From Catajapyx aquilonaris (lineage: Eukaryota), in assembly GCA_000934665.2 (NCBI GenBank), contig JYFJ02003282.1, positions 1-43,949 of the forward strand: a DNA stretch of 43,949 nt, read 5' to 3'. The notes beneath the pieces were generated by a model, which was given only the letters and a program-made list of their open reading frames with translations, was not told the DNA's origin and searched no databases. Below, piece by piece: positions 23,201 to 32,700 of this stretch. Positions within the stretch are counted from its first letter, which is position 1; each line of letters starts with the position of its first letter. A program made the translations under genes and the position numbers.

Positions 23201-25651
23201 CAGGCTAATCACATCCATGTGAAGCCTGACTCAGATCCCGACTTCACTGAGTTCGAATCTTATCGGGTAAGCTGATGCTACTAATGGAGAATGGAGAGAT
23301 TGCTATTGTAGGTAGAGGAGGAGTTGTGTGGACGGGCCGTTTGCATGATTGATAGCAAATACAGAATACAGAATACAAATACATGGGTTGATCCTTGATA
23401 CTATTCATTGTCGGTAGCAATAATTTAAACAAGTAATAGCAAGGATCAATCCCTTGCTTTTGAATATGTGCAGTTTTGTGGTGTTTGACATGCTCATAAT
23501 TTTATAGAGCCAAAAGTGATTACTATGGGATTTTACTGTAACTCATATTAGGTTGTAACACTTTTTCACAGCGTGCCACTTACCAATTATTCTGTTGATG
23601 GCCTAAGAGCAAAGAATTTTTATGATAATTGGTATATGTTTGAAGTGTCTTAACCTTCATGACGAGCAACTTCCTGGGAAATCCTGGAATTAGCCAGATT
23701 TTGACATTTGTTAATAGATAATGATGACATTTATTTAGGGAGAGGTGGAAGAATCAGAGCTGGAAAAAAGACCATCCAGGGGTAAGCTTCCCAATTCCAG
23801 TACATCTGACTCCCTCAGTGAGATCCACATTGCACGCATGGGGACTCCCTCTGCACCTTCCAGGTAAGATAACCAACTCCATTTTCTTGGTTGGTACTGA
23901 GAAGAGGCCTTTGTTTGCAGTGGTTACGGGTCTCAAGCAGTGTCTATAACAAACTTGTCGAGTGAAGACTCGGTGTCAGTGAGGAGCATCAGTGTCGATG
24001 AGACACCAGATGTGGAAGCTAAGGCACCTCTGCAGACAATCCCAGATTCAGCTGAGGCAACTTCAGAGGAGGTGGAGGCAGCTATTACTACAAATGAGCC
24101 ACCTGCCATTGCAAATGAAGCAGCTAGTGAGGTTGTGAAGGTAACAAGTGAGTTGGTGCCAGAGCCAGAGGTGGAGGCAGAGCCAGAGGTGGAAGCAGAA
24201 GCTGAGGATGAAGCAGAGGCTGAGGATGAAGCAGAGGCTGAGGATGAAGAGGCGGAGGAGGAGGAGGAGGAGGAGGAGGAAGCTGTAAGTATGGTTGAGT
24301 CAAAGACAGGAGATGGGCAGTCTGCAGTGGTGAAGAGGAGGCAGTTTGCAAGGGTTCCAGCATCCCAACGTGCATCATACCCATCTGCAAAGGCAGTGCC
24401 ATCAGAAAGCAGAGATGCAAGGCACCTCGAAGACTCACTGATGGTGCTCAACGGAGACTCAAACACCAATTCATCTTCTCCAGAGGGCTCCTCTGGGAAG
24501 CTGTCCGTCCCTGTTGAAGGCAAGTGTGTTTTGCATCTGATTGAGAGTGTAGGTTCAAGACTGTTATAGGGATCTTCTCCTGTGAAGAGCAGTGTCATGT
24601 CTCGTTTTCCGGTAAATTGTTCCCTGTAAAATCTTTAACTCACTAGAGCTCTGCCTTCATTTTAATAAACTATTTTCCCTGTTAGAGTGCATTTCAAATG
24701 CAAGTCTAGGTCAGAGTTGGCTTTTAGTTGAATGAGTTGCGTTTTGTTACAGATGGAGATGACTCTGGCAGTCGCTCTTCTGCCAGCTCACCACTAGAAC
24801 TCAGCCGACGGTCTCCATCAAATGCAGAACTCCCCATTCCAGACTGGGTGGTGGTTGGAGAGAGTGTCCTCATCCGACCATACAATTGCTCTGGGGTTGT
24901 CTGTTATGTGGGTGCCACTGATTTCTCTTCTGGAACATGGATCGGGGTGGAACTTGATGCTCCTACAGGTAAAGAGAGGTTGATATACATATCTTGAGAG
25001 AAATATCACAAGTCCATATACTCGCATGTTGACATGAATGCAAGCAGGTCCTTTTGACATTTTAAAGTCACTCTTTGAAATGATGGTGTTACTAAGTCTG
25101 TATGATCATAACACCATGGCAAAACAGCAAGACGTTTTTATAATGTGTTCCTAGGATATTCTGAGGCAAATGTGCTATTTGCAGTGCAAATATTATGTAC
25201 CATATGACTGACTTGATATTACTTGTTTATACAGGGAAGAACGATGGGACAGTCCAAGGAGTGAAATACTTCTCCTGCCGCCCGAAGCATGGGATATTTG
25301 TTAGGGCAGATAAGCTCATTCTGGACCGAAGAGGGAGAGCCATGAGATCTCATCGCACAGCACCTCCTAACGGTGAGCCTAATTCCATGAAGAGGAGCCG
25401 CAGTCGACAAGAAGGCCTGTCTGAGGTGGGAGTCATGCGGCGCAGCCACAGCAGAGGTATTCCATATTCTTCTTTAATGTATAAAGTTGTGTGCAAAGTA
25501 TATATTGACGTGAGCTTCTTCCTCGCACATACATTAAATCTCCATTACTGCATGGGCTGAAGATGATTATTAATTTTTTTTAAAGCACTCTGTACTGATT
25601 AATATATTTTGATTTACAGGAGGACTGAGCTCTGCAGCTAGGAATAAATAA
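5063..25651 (+). CDS. KIF13: Kinesin-3 KIF13A/B orthologue (Khc-73), 5'-partial, 23 coding exons
   Basis: Exons 5063-5226, 5296-5564, 5624-5992, 6046-6258, 8532-9201, 9933-10107, 13626-13788, 14010-14333, 14446-14574, 14666-15021, 15911-16290, 16633-16815, 17085-17276, 17379-17581, 17654-17887, 18865-19024, 22167-22235, 22902-23266, 23739-23863, 23921-24519, 24753-24968, 25235-25456, 25620-25651 join in frame (~5.8 kb). Motifs: P-loop [31 protein letters not shown], and CAP-Gly GKNDG. Motor + FHA + CAP-Gly is the KIF13B/Khc-73 architecture. Confidence 0.96.
5296..5564 (+). CDS. KIF13: KIF13 exon (motor: [10 protein letters not shown]...[10 protein letters not shown]...AVTSFK)
   Basis: tttAG/GTCAGT boundaries; completes the P-loop. 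Confidence 0.95.
5624..5992 (+). CDS. KIF13: KIF13 exon (motor switch I/II)
   Basis: tac[38 protein letters not shown]. Confidence 0.96.
6046..6258 (+). CDS. KIF13: KIF13 exon (motor end, neck linker, neck coil)
   Basis: ttc[19 protein letters not shown]...[13 protein letters not shown]...[15 protein letters not shown]. Confidence 0.96.
6686..6986. mobile_element. pogo/Tigger-like MITE
   Basis: TA|CAGTAGAACCC ... GGGTTCTACTG|TA. Confidence 0.75.
7057..8021. mobile_element. Fold-back MITE (~320 bp arms) interrupted by a SINE
   Basis: Ends GGTATATGTGTTAGGC / GCCTAACATATGTACC; arms pair inward to CCCACTATGCCA / TGGCATAGTGGG. Confidence 0.8.
7425..7702 (-). mobile_element. tRNA-derived SINE with V-domain-like core
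   Basis: Minus strand: A-box-like TGCGGAAGTGG, B box GTTCGATCC, core GTGGGTTTTCTTGGGGTTCTCCCGTTTCCTCCCACA, (TTA/TGA)n tail; perfect 14-bp TSD CTACATGGCATAGT at 7411-7424 and 7703-7716. Confidence 0.85.
8532..9201 (+). CDS. KIF13: KIF13 exon (CC1 + FHA domain)
   Basis: tac[49 protein letters not shown]. Confidence 0.95.
9933..10107 (+). CDS. KIF13: KIF13 exon ([13 protein letters not shown]...WAQER)
   Basis: tgcAG/GTTAGG; phases match both neighbours. Confidence 0.93.
11220..11732. mobile_element. mariner-derived fold-back MITE
   Basis: TA|CGAGGGGCGTTCATAAAGTTCC ... GGAACTTCATGAACGCCACTCG|TA; arms pair for ~200 bp. Confidence 0.85.
12033..12092 (+). CDS. KIF13: Candidate 60-nt KIF13 cassette exon ([20 protein letters not shown])
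   Basis: Long CT-rich tract from ~11984, AAG acceptor, AG|GTTGGT donor; symmetric phase 2-2 matching the host intron; no stop. No transcript evidence. Confidence 0.5.
13626..13788 (+). CDS. KIF13: KIF13 exon (start of MAGUK-binding stalk)
   Basis: ttc[40 protein letters not shown]. Confidence 0.94.
14010..14333 (+). CDS. KIF13: KIF13 exon (stalk)
   Basis: tac[49 protein letters not shown]. Confidence 0.94.
14446..14574 (+). CDS. KIF13: KIF13 exon (VEIGRIEG...SVTCR)
   Basis: gatAG/GTGAGT; 129 nt, phase 0-0, open; not in the ORF track. Confidence 0.88.
14666..15021 (+). CDS. KIF13: KIF13 exon (stalk)
   Basis: ttc[31 protein letters not shown]. Confidence 0.94.
15911..16290 (+). CDS. KIF13: KIF13 exon (stalk)
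   Basis: tcc[42 protein letters not shown]. Confidence 0.94.
16633..16815 (+). CDS. KIF13: KIF13 exon (stalk)
   Basis: tcc[40 protein letters not shown]. Confidence 0.93.
17085..17276 (+). CDS. KIF13: KIF13 exon (ADDLS...NSILPKEHG...WDSSIHDS...NRVTQ)
   Basis: aacAG/GTACAG; contains the kinesin-3 WDSSxHDS motif; not in the ORF track. Confidence 0.92.
17379..17581 (+). CDS. KIF13: KIF13 exon (ERVYLILK...EVVSNIPK)
   Basis: tac[22 protein letters not shown]. Confidence 0.93.
17654..17887 (+). CDS. KIF13: KIF13 exon ([12 protein letters not shown]...[11 protein letters not shown])
   Basis: ct[26 protein letters not shown]. Confidence 0.93.
18865..19024 (+). CDS. KIF13: KIF13 exon (LLRGEES...RSESVNDL...KPFGL)
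   Basis: gtcAG/GTATGT; phase 0-1 fits neighbours. Confidence 0.85.
20089..20205. mobile_element. Small hairpin MITE (PIF/Harbinger-like)
   Basis: ATTGCACCAATGGAAATT..GATAGCTCCTAA pairs with TTAGGAGCTATC..AATTTCGTTGGTGCAAT. Confidence 0.6.
20761..20775 (+). CDS. KIF13: Candidate 15-nt KIF13 microexon (G-PLLT), or start of an alternative terminal exon ending at TAG 20801
   Basis: Pyrimidine tract 20703-20757 ending ccTAG, then GGCCCCTCCTCACAG|GTAACA; symmetric phase 1-1 matching the host intron. No transcript evidence. Confidence 0.5.
22167..22235 (+). CDS. KIF13: KIF13 69-nt exon, probably cassette ([23 protein letters not shown])
   Basis: Long pyrimidine tract, ttgcAG acceptor, GTAGGT donor; phase 1-1; open and CpG-retaining. 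Confidence 0.75.
22902..23266 (+). CDS. KIF13: KIF13 exon (RMTTLHEE + poly-Glu tract)
   Basis: tgtAG/GTAAGC; phase 1-0. Confidence 0.85.
23027..23100 (+). repeat. (GAG/GAA)n coding repeat, poly-Glu
   Basis: Encodes [25 protein letters not shown]. Confidence 0.9.
23739..23863 (+). CDS. KIF13: KIF13 exon ([10 protein letters not shown]...TPSAPS)
   Basis: tttAG/GTAAGA; phase 0-2; not in the ORF track. Confidence 0.82.
23921..24519 (+). CDS. KIF13: KIF13 exon (SGYGSQAVS + acidic repeats), GC donor
   Basis: tgcAG acceptor; ends AAG|GCAAGT in phase 1, matching the next exon. Confidence 0.82.
24753..24968 (+). CDS. KIF13: KIF13 exon (CAP-Gly N-half)
   Basis: tac[18 protein letters not shown]...[21 protein letters not shown]. 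Confidence 0.94.
25235..25456 (+). CDS. KIF13: KIF13 exon (CAP-Gly C-half)
   Basis: tac[32 protein letters not shown]. Confidence 0.95.
25620..25651 (+). CDS. KIF13: KIF13 last coding exon ([10 protein letters not shown])
   Basis: ttacAG acceptor, phase 1, TAA at 25649-25651. Confidence 0.8.
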
Positions 25652-27682
25652 GAGGGAAATCAATGCTCCCTCCCTGTCCCTTGTCCACCACCCCGGACTA
25701 CTTATGATTTCATGAACATGGGCATACATACTACACAAAAGGTGGCACAATCGATGCCAGTTAGCGAGAGGATGAGAAAAAGAATGAGAAAATGAAGTGA
25801 GTGAGAAAGGGATGGGGTGGGGAAGCTCTCAGAGCAATAGCCAGTCCGTCTAGTCTGCTTTTGTGTAAAAACCATTGCAAAGAAAAAGAAGAAAAAAAAA
25901 GGTTCCAAGGTTGGTTGGGTAGTCACAGTCAAAGTCAATCAATCAGTCAGTCAGTCAGTCATCCTGGCATGGGAAAAATATGGAATAAAAATGATGCCAA
26001 ACTGCGAAATGAGCACACCTCTTGACCCCTTTGTGGGTGTGACATTGATTGGCCCTCGTACTTATTTGTACATAGTTTGTACATGTTGTGTGTAGTTTTA
26101 ATCTCTTTTTCCCTGCTCCCCCATAATTCATAGTGAGAGATTTGCAAATTCGAATGTGGAGGGATGGCTGGCTGATGCTTGGACTTCTCTCCCAGTTTTT
26201 TCAATCTTGATGATGGTTTTTGGAAGTGCTATGCAAAGAGAGGCTTTTGGTTGGAGGACCAAAATATGGTTGCCCCCTTAGCCTTGAGTTCGAGAGTCAG
26301 CAGAATTTATCTGACTGTCCAGAGTTATGAAGGTTCTGGAGAGAGCTGTTTCCGTCACATTTTCTATGGACTTGTCAATTTTTTTTTCTCCTCCTCCTCC
26401 TCATGATAGTATGGTGTGTGAGTGAGAATTATTTTTGTTGATTCTAACATTAATTTTATGATTATAGACTGGAGATTGGCTTTTTACAAGTATAAACATT
26501 TGATCTGTCCATTCCTGCTCGTCCAGGGGCCAGAATCCAAGCAGGGGTGTGTCTGTTTACCATGTAGTAAAATTTTAGAGTCGGCAGGATTACTGGCCAA
26601 TTAATTTATCTGCCTAGAGAACCTAGACATCACTACTATTGTTGGTGCAAGAAGGAGTAAATCTTGTTTTCCTTGCATGTAGTTCCTTCCTGTGTCACAC
26701 AGCTCAAAACGTGGAATCGCTGCTGAACACAGTAGGCTTAATATTGCAGGGGATGGAGGGAGGGGGGGAGGGAAGTTGTGGATAGGTGGAGCTATGCGGT
26801 GGATAGTGCTGCTTGTCCCTATTAATTTATGCCCATTTCTAGTGAGAAGTGGTTGGGGAGGGGTGGGNATTTCTAGTGAGAAGTGGTTGGGGAGGGGTGG
26901 GGGGGATTCAGGGTTGGTGCAGCACGGAACACATTCCTCTTCCTTGTAGATATTTGTTGTAGAGTGCGGGAGGTTCCCTCAAAGATGAACATTTTTTATT
27001 TTTCGGGAGTTCTTGGGTTTTAATTTGCAGTTGAGCTGCATGCAAAAAGTGTACAGATAGAGAGCCCACCTTCCATCACAATCATGCACCGTGTACCCCG
27101 CAGTCTTTTTACTCCAACTTTTTTCAGTTAGGTTATTGCAGCTATTGCTTTATACCTTGCCGGTTGTCCTCTTGAGAGTTTAGTGCCAAAGTGGTTAGTT
27201 GGGAGGGAGGGATGGGGAAAGGATGGACCAGTGGGTAGATAAGCTGGAGAAGGTAGTGGATGGGAGGGGTACAGCCACACAAGGAGCTTGTCCTTGAATT
27301 TTTATTGCATGGCAGTGGATGAACCAGCACTCAATCCATTCCACTTGGGAGGCTGGCGTATTTCATTCATGGCCTGCCTCCACAGAAGTATCTTTCATGT
27401 ACTTAAAGAACTGAAGAAAAATACAATACAAAACACATCAAAATGATTGTCCACTCTGCTGCTGCTACTGTAGTAGACATGCATATTTGACCACTGAATG
27501 CAGCAGTCTTCTTAAAATGCCACACTCTTTTTCTCTTGCATTCCCAAAACAAAAAGCATGAATTTATAAAAGTGAAAAAAACGATAACGTTATCGTCTTT
27601 TTTATATGTACTGTACCGTAGGCATGAAGATTCCATCCGGAAATATTCCTGTATTTCCCTCTCTGTGTACATTTTTTCCGTC

Positions 27683-27688
27683 AATAAA
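27683..27688 (+). promoter_or_regulatory. Candidate distal polyadenylation signal of KIF13 (~2 kb 3' UTR)
   Basis: AATAAA followed ~30 nt later by a T-rich tract, just before transposon-derived DNA starts; a proximal AATAAA also lies at ~25984. Confidence 0.4.
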
Positions 27689-27832
27689 GGAAGCTCGCGA
27701 AGCAAGACATCTGGGCTTTTTTTGTAATATTTTGTAATGCCATGATGATCCCCTAGTATATTCCTTAAAAACCAGCATTAATGCAAAGGCTAATCGCTGA
27801 ATGTCATTCAGGTGGCAAGGCAATACAGGTAT

Positions 27833-28518
27833 GAGGTAGTCCCTGGTCTACGAACAGAGTTACATTCCTGAAAATGTCCAAATGGCGAATTTGTATGTAA
27901 CTCGGGTCCCTAAAGAACAGCGCATATATGGGTGATTCTCCAAAAACTTACCATTTTCAAAGCAAAAATTAATGAATTTCGAAACTTGTTTTAAAAATCT
28001 GGAAAAATTCTCACTTACTCTATATGAGGTCACTCTAAGGTCTATGATAGCATGCTTTAAAATGAGATCGGGACATGCCAAGAATAGTGATTTTAGGCCC
28101 TTAGACTTTTCCAGTAAAACTTAATTTAATATTGTTTTCATGGGGATGGCTAGGTGTCAACTGCTTCTACAAATGTTTAAAAAATCAACTCTCTCAGTCA
28201 AGCCATTTTTGAGTTATTATGCCGGGACATGGTATTGGTAAGTTTTTGGAGAATCACCCATATACAGCGTAAAGCTTCTGGTCCAAAAAACCACTCCAGT
28301 CATGTGTGTCTGTTTACATTCGCGAAGAATGCAGTTTTCTAATTATTTATTTATTATACAGTATTTACTCGTATGTTGAACTTTGTGTCAGTCAACGTAT
28401 GCAGAAGTGATTAAAAGTGGAGGAATAATAATGAATTTGCCTTTGGTGAAGCCTTGGGAGCCTGTTCGTAAGTACGGATTGCCATAAGTCAGGTCGTTCG
28501 TAAATCGGGGACTTCCTG
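27833..28518. mobile_element. pogo/Tigger-like MITE containing a nested MITE
   Basis: Left GAGGTAGTCCCTGGTCTACGAAC, right GTTCGTAAATCGGGGACTTCCTG|TA. Confidence 0.65.
27929..28260. mobile_element. Nested MITE with 25-bp perfect TIRs
   Basis: TATA|TGGGTGATTCTCCAAAAACTTACCA ... TGGTAAGTTTTTGGAGAATCACCCA|TATA. Confidence 0.85.
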
Positions 28519-29039
28519 TATTGTGAATAACATGCACCAAAATATATCTCAACTTCCCCTTCACTGGCTATTCCTTAATACGCCTAAAGACGATGCATAT
28601 AACTTGTTCCATTTTTTTGTGAACGTCATCAAGAGGATCAATATGTGCGCTGACTGATCTTCAATTGTGTTGATGTCTCAAGTTTCTTTGTATGGCTTCT
28701 TGACTCGTCTTTTTGTATTTTTTGTACTCTAGAGTGTGTCCCCCAAAAAGGGCCCCTCCCTCGAAAGGGGTATCGTAAATAAAATAAATAAAAATATCTC
28801 AACTTCCCCTCCCCCAATGACATTAATAATAAGCCAGTTCGCCTAGATGTAAAAAAGAAACTGTTTGTATATTGCACAGATTACTGAAATATGACTGAAG
28901 TTAATATTATCACAACCATTATGTTTGCTTCAGGATTCGTAACGAGCCACACGGTTATCATATTTTATCCAACAACAGTGTCTTTTCATTGCACAGCTAT
29001 GAATTCATTGATTCCAGAGAGATGATCATCACAAAACAG

Positions 29040-29686
29040 CGACGGTAAATAAATATTTATGTCGCATGGCAGCGCATGGTAAGGCAAATATGAGGCGTTT
29101 AGGGCAGCGCGCCACTTCCTCGTCATTGGATGATCGCAGAGTAGAAGCGGTGCGTACGGTGCGTATCAGCTCCCCTGCCGGCGGATGTGTGGAAGTAGGA
29201 GGTGAGGCAATGCGAGGATGCGAAGTCATTGGCTGTGTCCGCCATGTTGGCGCATGCGCGTGGGTGAGAGGCGAGCGGCTCCTTGCCGGTCATTCTGTTC
29301 CTTGGTTGTTCCTTCCATTCTCTCCGCTTCCCAGCCAGCCACACCGACACCATTTGCAGTTCCTAACCCTCGGTCCCGGCCCCCTTGCATCTCCTAGCAC
29401 TCCCGCCCGCCCCTGGTCGCGCCCCTCTGCCGGCGCCGCAATCCGCAGCAGCAGCAGCAGCACCCGACGGACGGAGGTGGGGAAGGGAAGGAGGGGCGAG
29501 AGGGAGACAGGTGGTGGTGTGCGGTGGATGCGTCGGTCTGCCAGCAGCGGGCAGGGCACGGATATAATCGGAAGAGGAGGACGGTCAGTCGAGCCAGACT
29601 AGGCTGCTACCGTGGACGACAGAAGGAGGAGCGGAAGGCATCATTTCACGTTGGAACCGGGCTTCGGCAGGAGGAACGCAGACACC
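29040..29686 (+). promoter_or_regulatory. CpG-rich promoter / 5' UTR of CAND1
   Basis: Abrupt GC/CpG-rich island upstream of the ATG; ATTGG (reverse CCAAT) at 29125 and 29228, YY1-type CCGCCATGTT 29239-29248, NRF1-type GCGCATGCGC 29250-29259. Confidence 0.7.
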
Positions 29687-29728
29687 ATGACGAGCGTGTC
29701 CTACCACATCGCCAACCTGCTCGAGAAG
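29687..29728 (+). CDS. CAND1: CAND1 exon 1 ([14 protein letters not shown])
   Basis: Kozak-like CACCATG; AAG|GTACTA donor. Confidence 0.93.
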
Positions 29729-32700
29729 GTACTACTGGCACGCGTTCGGTGCTTTCATGTAGAATGGGAGGGAGGGGGAGATGGCGGCAAACGTGGGCAT
29801 CTGGAGTATTCCAATTAGTAGCTAGGTCTTGTGTGCTTATCATCTGGTGCAGCCCTGGCATAATGCCACTGTAAGAGTGGCGTTCGATTATTATTCTAGG
29901 GCTGAGAGAGCAGGGGGACATGTCCTAGCTGCATTCCGTTAGATCATTTCAATGCTAGCTCTGGTGTTACACCTTTGTGACACTAGCTGCACACATGGAA
30001 CCGAGAACAAAAGCCCAGTGTAACGCTTGCTTACTCTCCAATGTCCTTTCTCTCGGGCTTCACTGCACTGATGTACTACACCACCCCATAAACGAATACA
30101 TCCAATGATTAGGCAGCAGTTGCCTCATTAATGGTGGATTTACTGAAGTTCTGAGATACACCCCTGTGATTAATTATTGCAACACCGCTCGTCATCTCAC
30201 TAAAATGAGTGTAGCTGTTGAGCTAATAGTTAGATTTGAAACAAACTTGTTGATATCGATTCCTCGGAATCCTCTGAACATTTCAGAAAAATTAATCTTG
30301 ATACATTTACTTCTGTGCATAAAATGATTCATATGAAAATGGTTGTATTTTAATTACATGTGTCTGTAATATTGATTAACATTAATGTGAACATAGAAGC
30401 ACTCATGGATGAATAATTTTTTTCCATACTCACACACACTTGTGACATCATTCTATACATAAATACTTTGTGCTTCCATGATTAGCTCTAATTACTGCAG
30501 TGCATTGACGTGGAATTGACAAAATCAACCGCTCTACCAGAAAAGTATCAACTTCGTGGAACCAAGCTCGCACAATCTGCTCCTTGAGCTAGAGATTCTT
30601 TGGTGCCTTCTTCATCACCAGGTCACCAATTTCCCTCCCTTATATTCTCAATTGGATTGATATCTTGGCTTTTCCCTGGCCCGGGCAGTGTTTTGTTATG
30701 CTTCTCCAGGAGAAACTTCTTCATCTGTTACCGGTAATAACATCATAATTATGCACTTGATATTTTTTTCTGAGCGACATAATAAAAATGATTAAGCTAT
30801 ATGAAATGAAAAAAATCTTTTTGGCTCGGTGAAAATGTGCTGAAGTGTCTTGAAATATGCATTCATCGACTCCATCAACATGGTCTCTCATGGTGTGGAT
30901 AATTTTGTCATTTAGAACCTTCAAATACTTGTTGATTCATAGTTCCCCAGCAGCCTACAACATTTCTGTACAGAAACTATGAATCACATACAGTATTTGA
31001 AGGTGCTAGAGGACAAAATTATATGCACCATGAGAGACCATGTTGATGGAGTCAATGAATGCATATTTCAAGGTACGCTTCAGCACATTTTCACTGAGGG
31101 CTAATTCCATGCAAAAGTATACATCAGGGTCAGATTTTAAAATAAATAATTTCTATGATATTAAGATATTTTCTGAAAGCTGAGATTCTGTATTTTTTTT
31201 ATTTTGCAACAGATATTAGAGAATTTTCGCATACATTCAAGTTAACAACACTGTTTATTTCAAATATGGCGGGTGTGCAAATTTTTTTGTTCTAAGTCTT
31301 CATAAAAATCTTCATAATTCAACAAGTAATCTAGTGTTTTTCATGCAGTAAACTGTGATTTCTATCTCATAAGAACTGGATGAATGTACTATATGTTTAT
31401 CTTTCCATTGCAATGACTTATTCAGCATAAAACTTAGCAAGTTTAAATACCATCTTTGTGTGTCGTGTAAGTCACAGTTTTTAGACCTTTTTTAAATTTT
31501 TAGCTATAGTACCAAAATCTAAAAGTTGATATTAATTACCATCTCACTACACAGTAGGACCCTTCAAATAATAGTAATAATTTTGAGGTAATTTTTGCCT
31601 GAACATTATTATGGCCATTTAATTCTTGTCGTGTAAGTCACACTTCGGCTTGGATGCCACTGTCACTATTGTTTCCCGGCTGTTAAAATGGAACTTACAG
31701 TAGTGGAATGGAAGAAAAAGCAAATGTCATAGTTAAAGCAAGAAGAGAAGTAAGAGCTGTCCTAGATAAGTGCAATGGAAAGGCAAAAATACAGGTGTAA
31801 TTTAAAAAAAATTGTGACTTTTAGTGAGAGAGACGCTTTGAAGATAAAATGTAGAGTTCGAGAAGCCATCAATGCCAGACAGTTTGATCCAAACGCAGCT
31901 GGAGAATTTGCAGAAGTTGCCCATAGAGTTTATCCAAATATTAATATTGTATTCATTGAATCAAAGGACATTGAATGAAGAATAGCTACGCTTGATGAAA
32001 TGTGAACTCCTACTAGAAAAGAAGTTGTTTATTATCCTGACTAAGAAAATCTCATTATTTCAGTACACTTGGACATTATGAACTAGAATATTCTCTTATT
32101 TCCAATGCTTCCATTCTTGCGTTTTATATTGTTTATTTTTAACTTGACTTGACTGCAAATGTAATGGACTGAACTCACTACATGCTTTGTTGGGCAAGTT
32201 ATACCAATTTATAGACCATTTTATACACACATATGGACTACATACATTGTAGTAACCTACATACACAATCCGCCTTCACGTATTCATTGTATTCCATGAC
32301 AGGGTGGCCAGCGATGACCATCAGGTATCACACCTGGCCATCTCACATGGCAATGCAATGAATCCACTGCTGTCTGCTCAGGTACACACATTATACATGC
32401 ATTCTACAGTCATGTTCAAAATAATGTTGATTATAAGAATTGTTGCCCTGCACATTCTCATCTAGGCCTATCATTTAAATGTTTGAATAAAATAACATGT
32501 AATAAGAGAGATTACTTTGTTTCTGTCCTAAAAATATAAAATCCTTCTCATAAATCTGATTAGAAAGAAATGAGGACAAAAGTGTTGTGTAAGTCACATT
32601 TCGAGTGTCGTGTAAGTCACAAAAGAAAAAATTTATTTCTTGTAAAATTAATAACATAACACCAAGTTCACATAATATTATTTTAATTTGGGTCTTTGAA

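Noticed and set aside
23933..24598. 221-aa Ser/Ala-rich minus-strand ORF (also 24124-24438 and 14662-15267)
   Set aside because: Antisense shadows of KIF13 exons; low-complexity codons lack stops on the opposite strand.
26835..26901. Exact 33-bp tandem duplication
   Set aside because: The two copies flank a single N at 26868, typical of a contig-join artefact.
29066..29602. 178-aa ORF and overlapping ORFs
   Set aside because: Expected in GC-rich promoter DNA; no recognisable domain.
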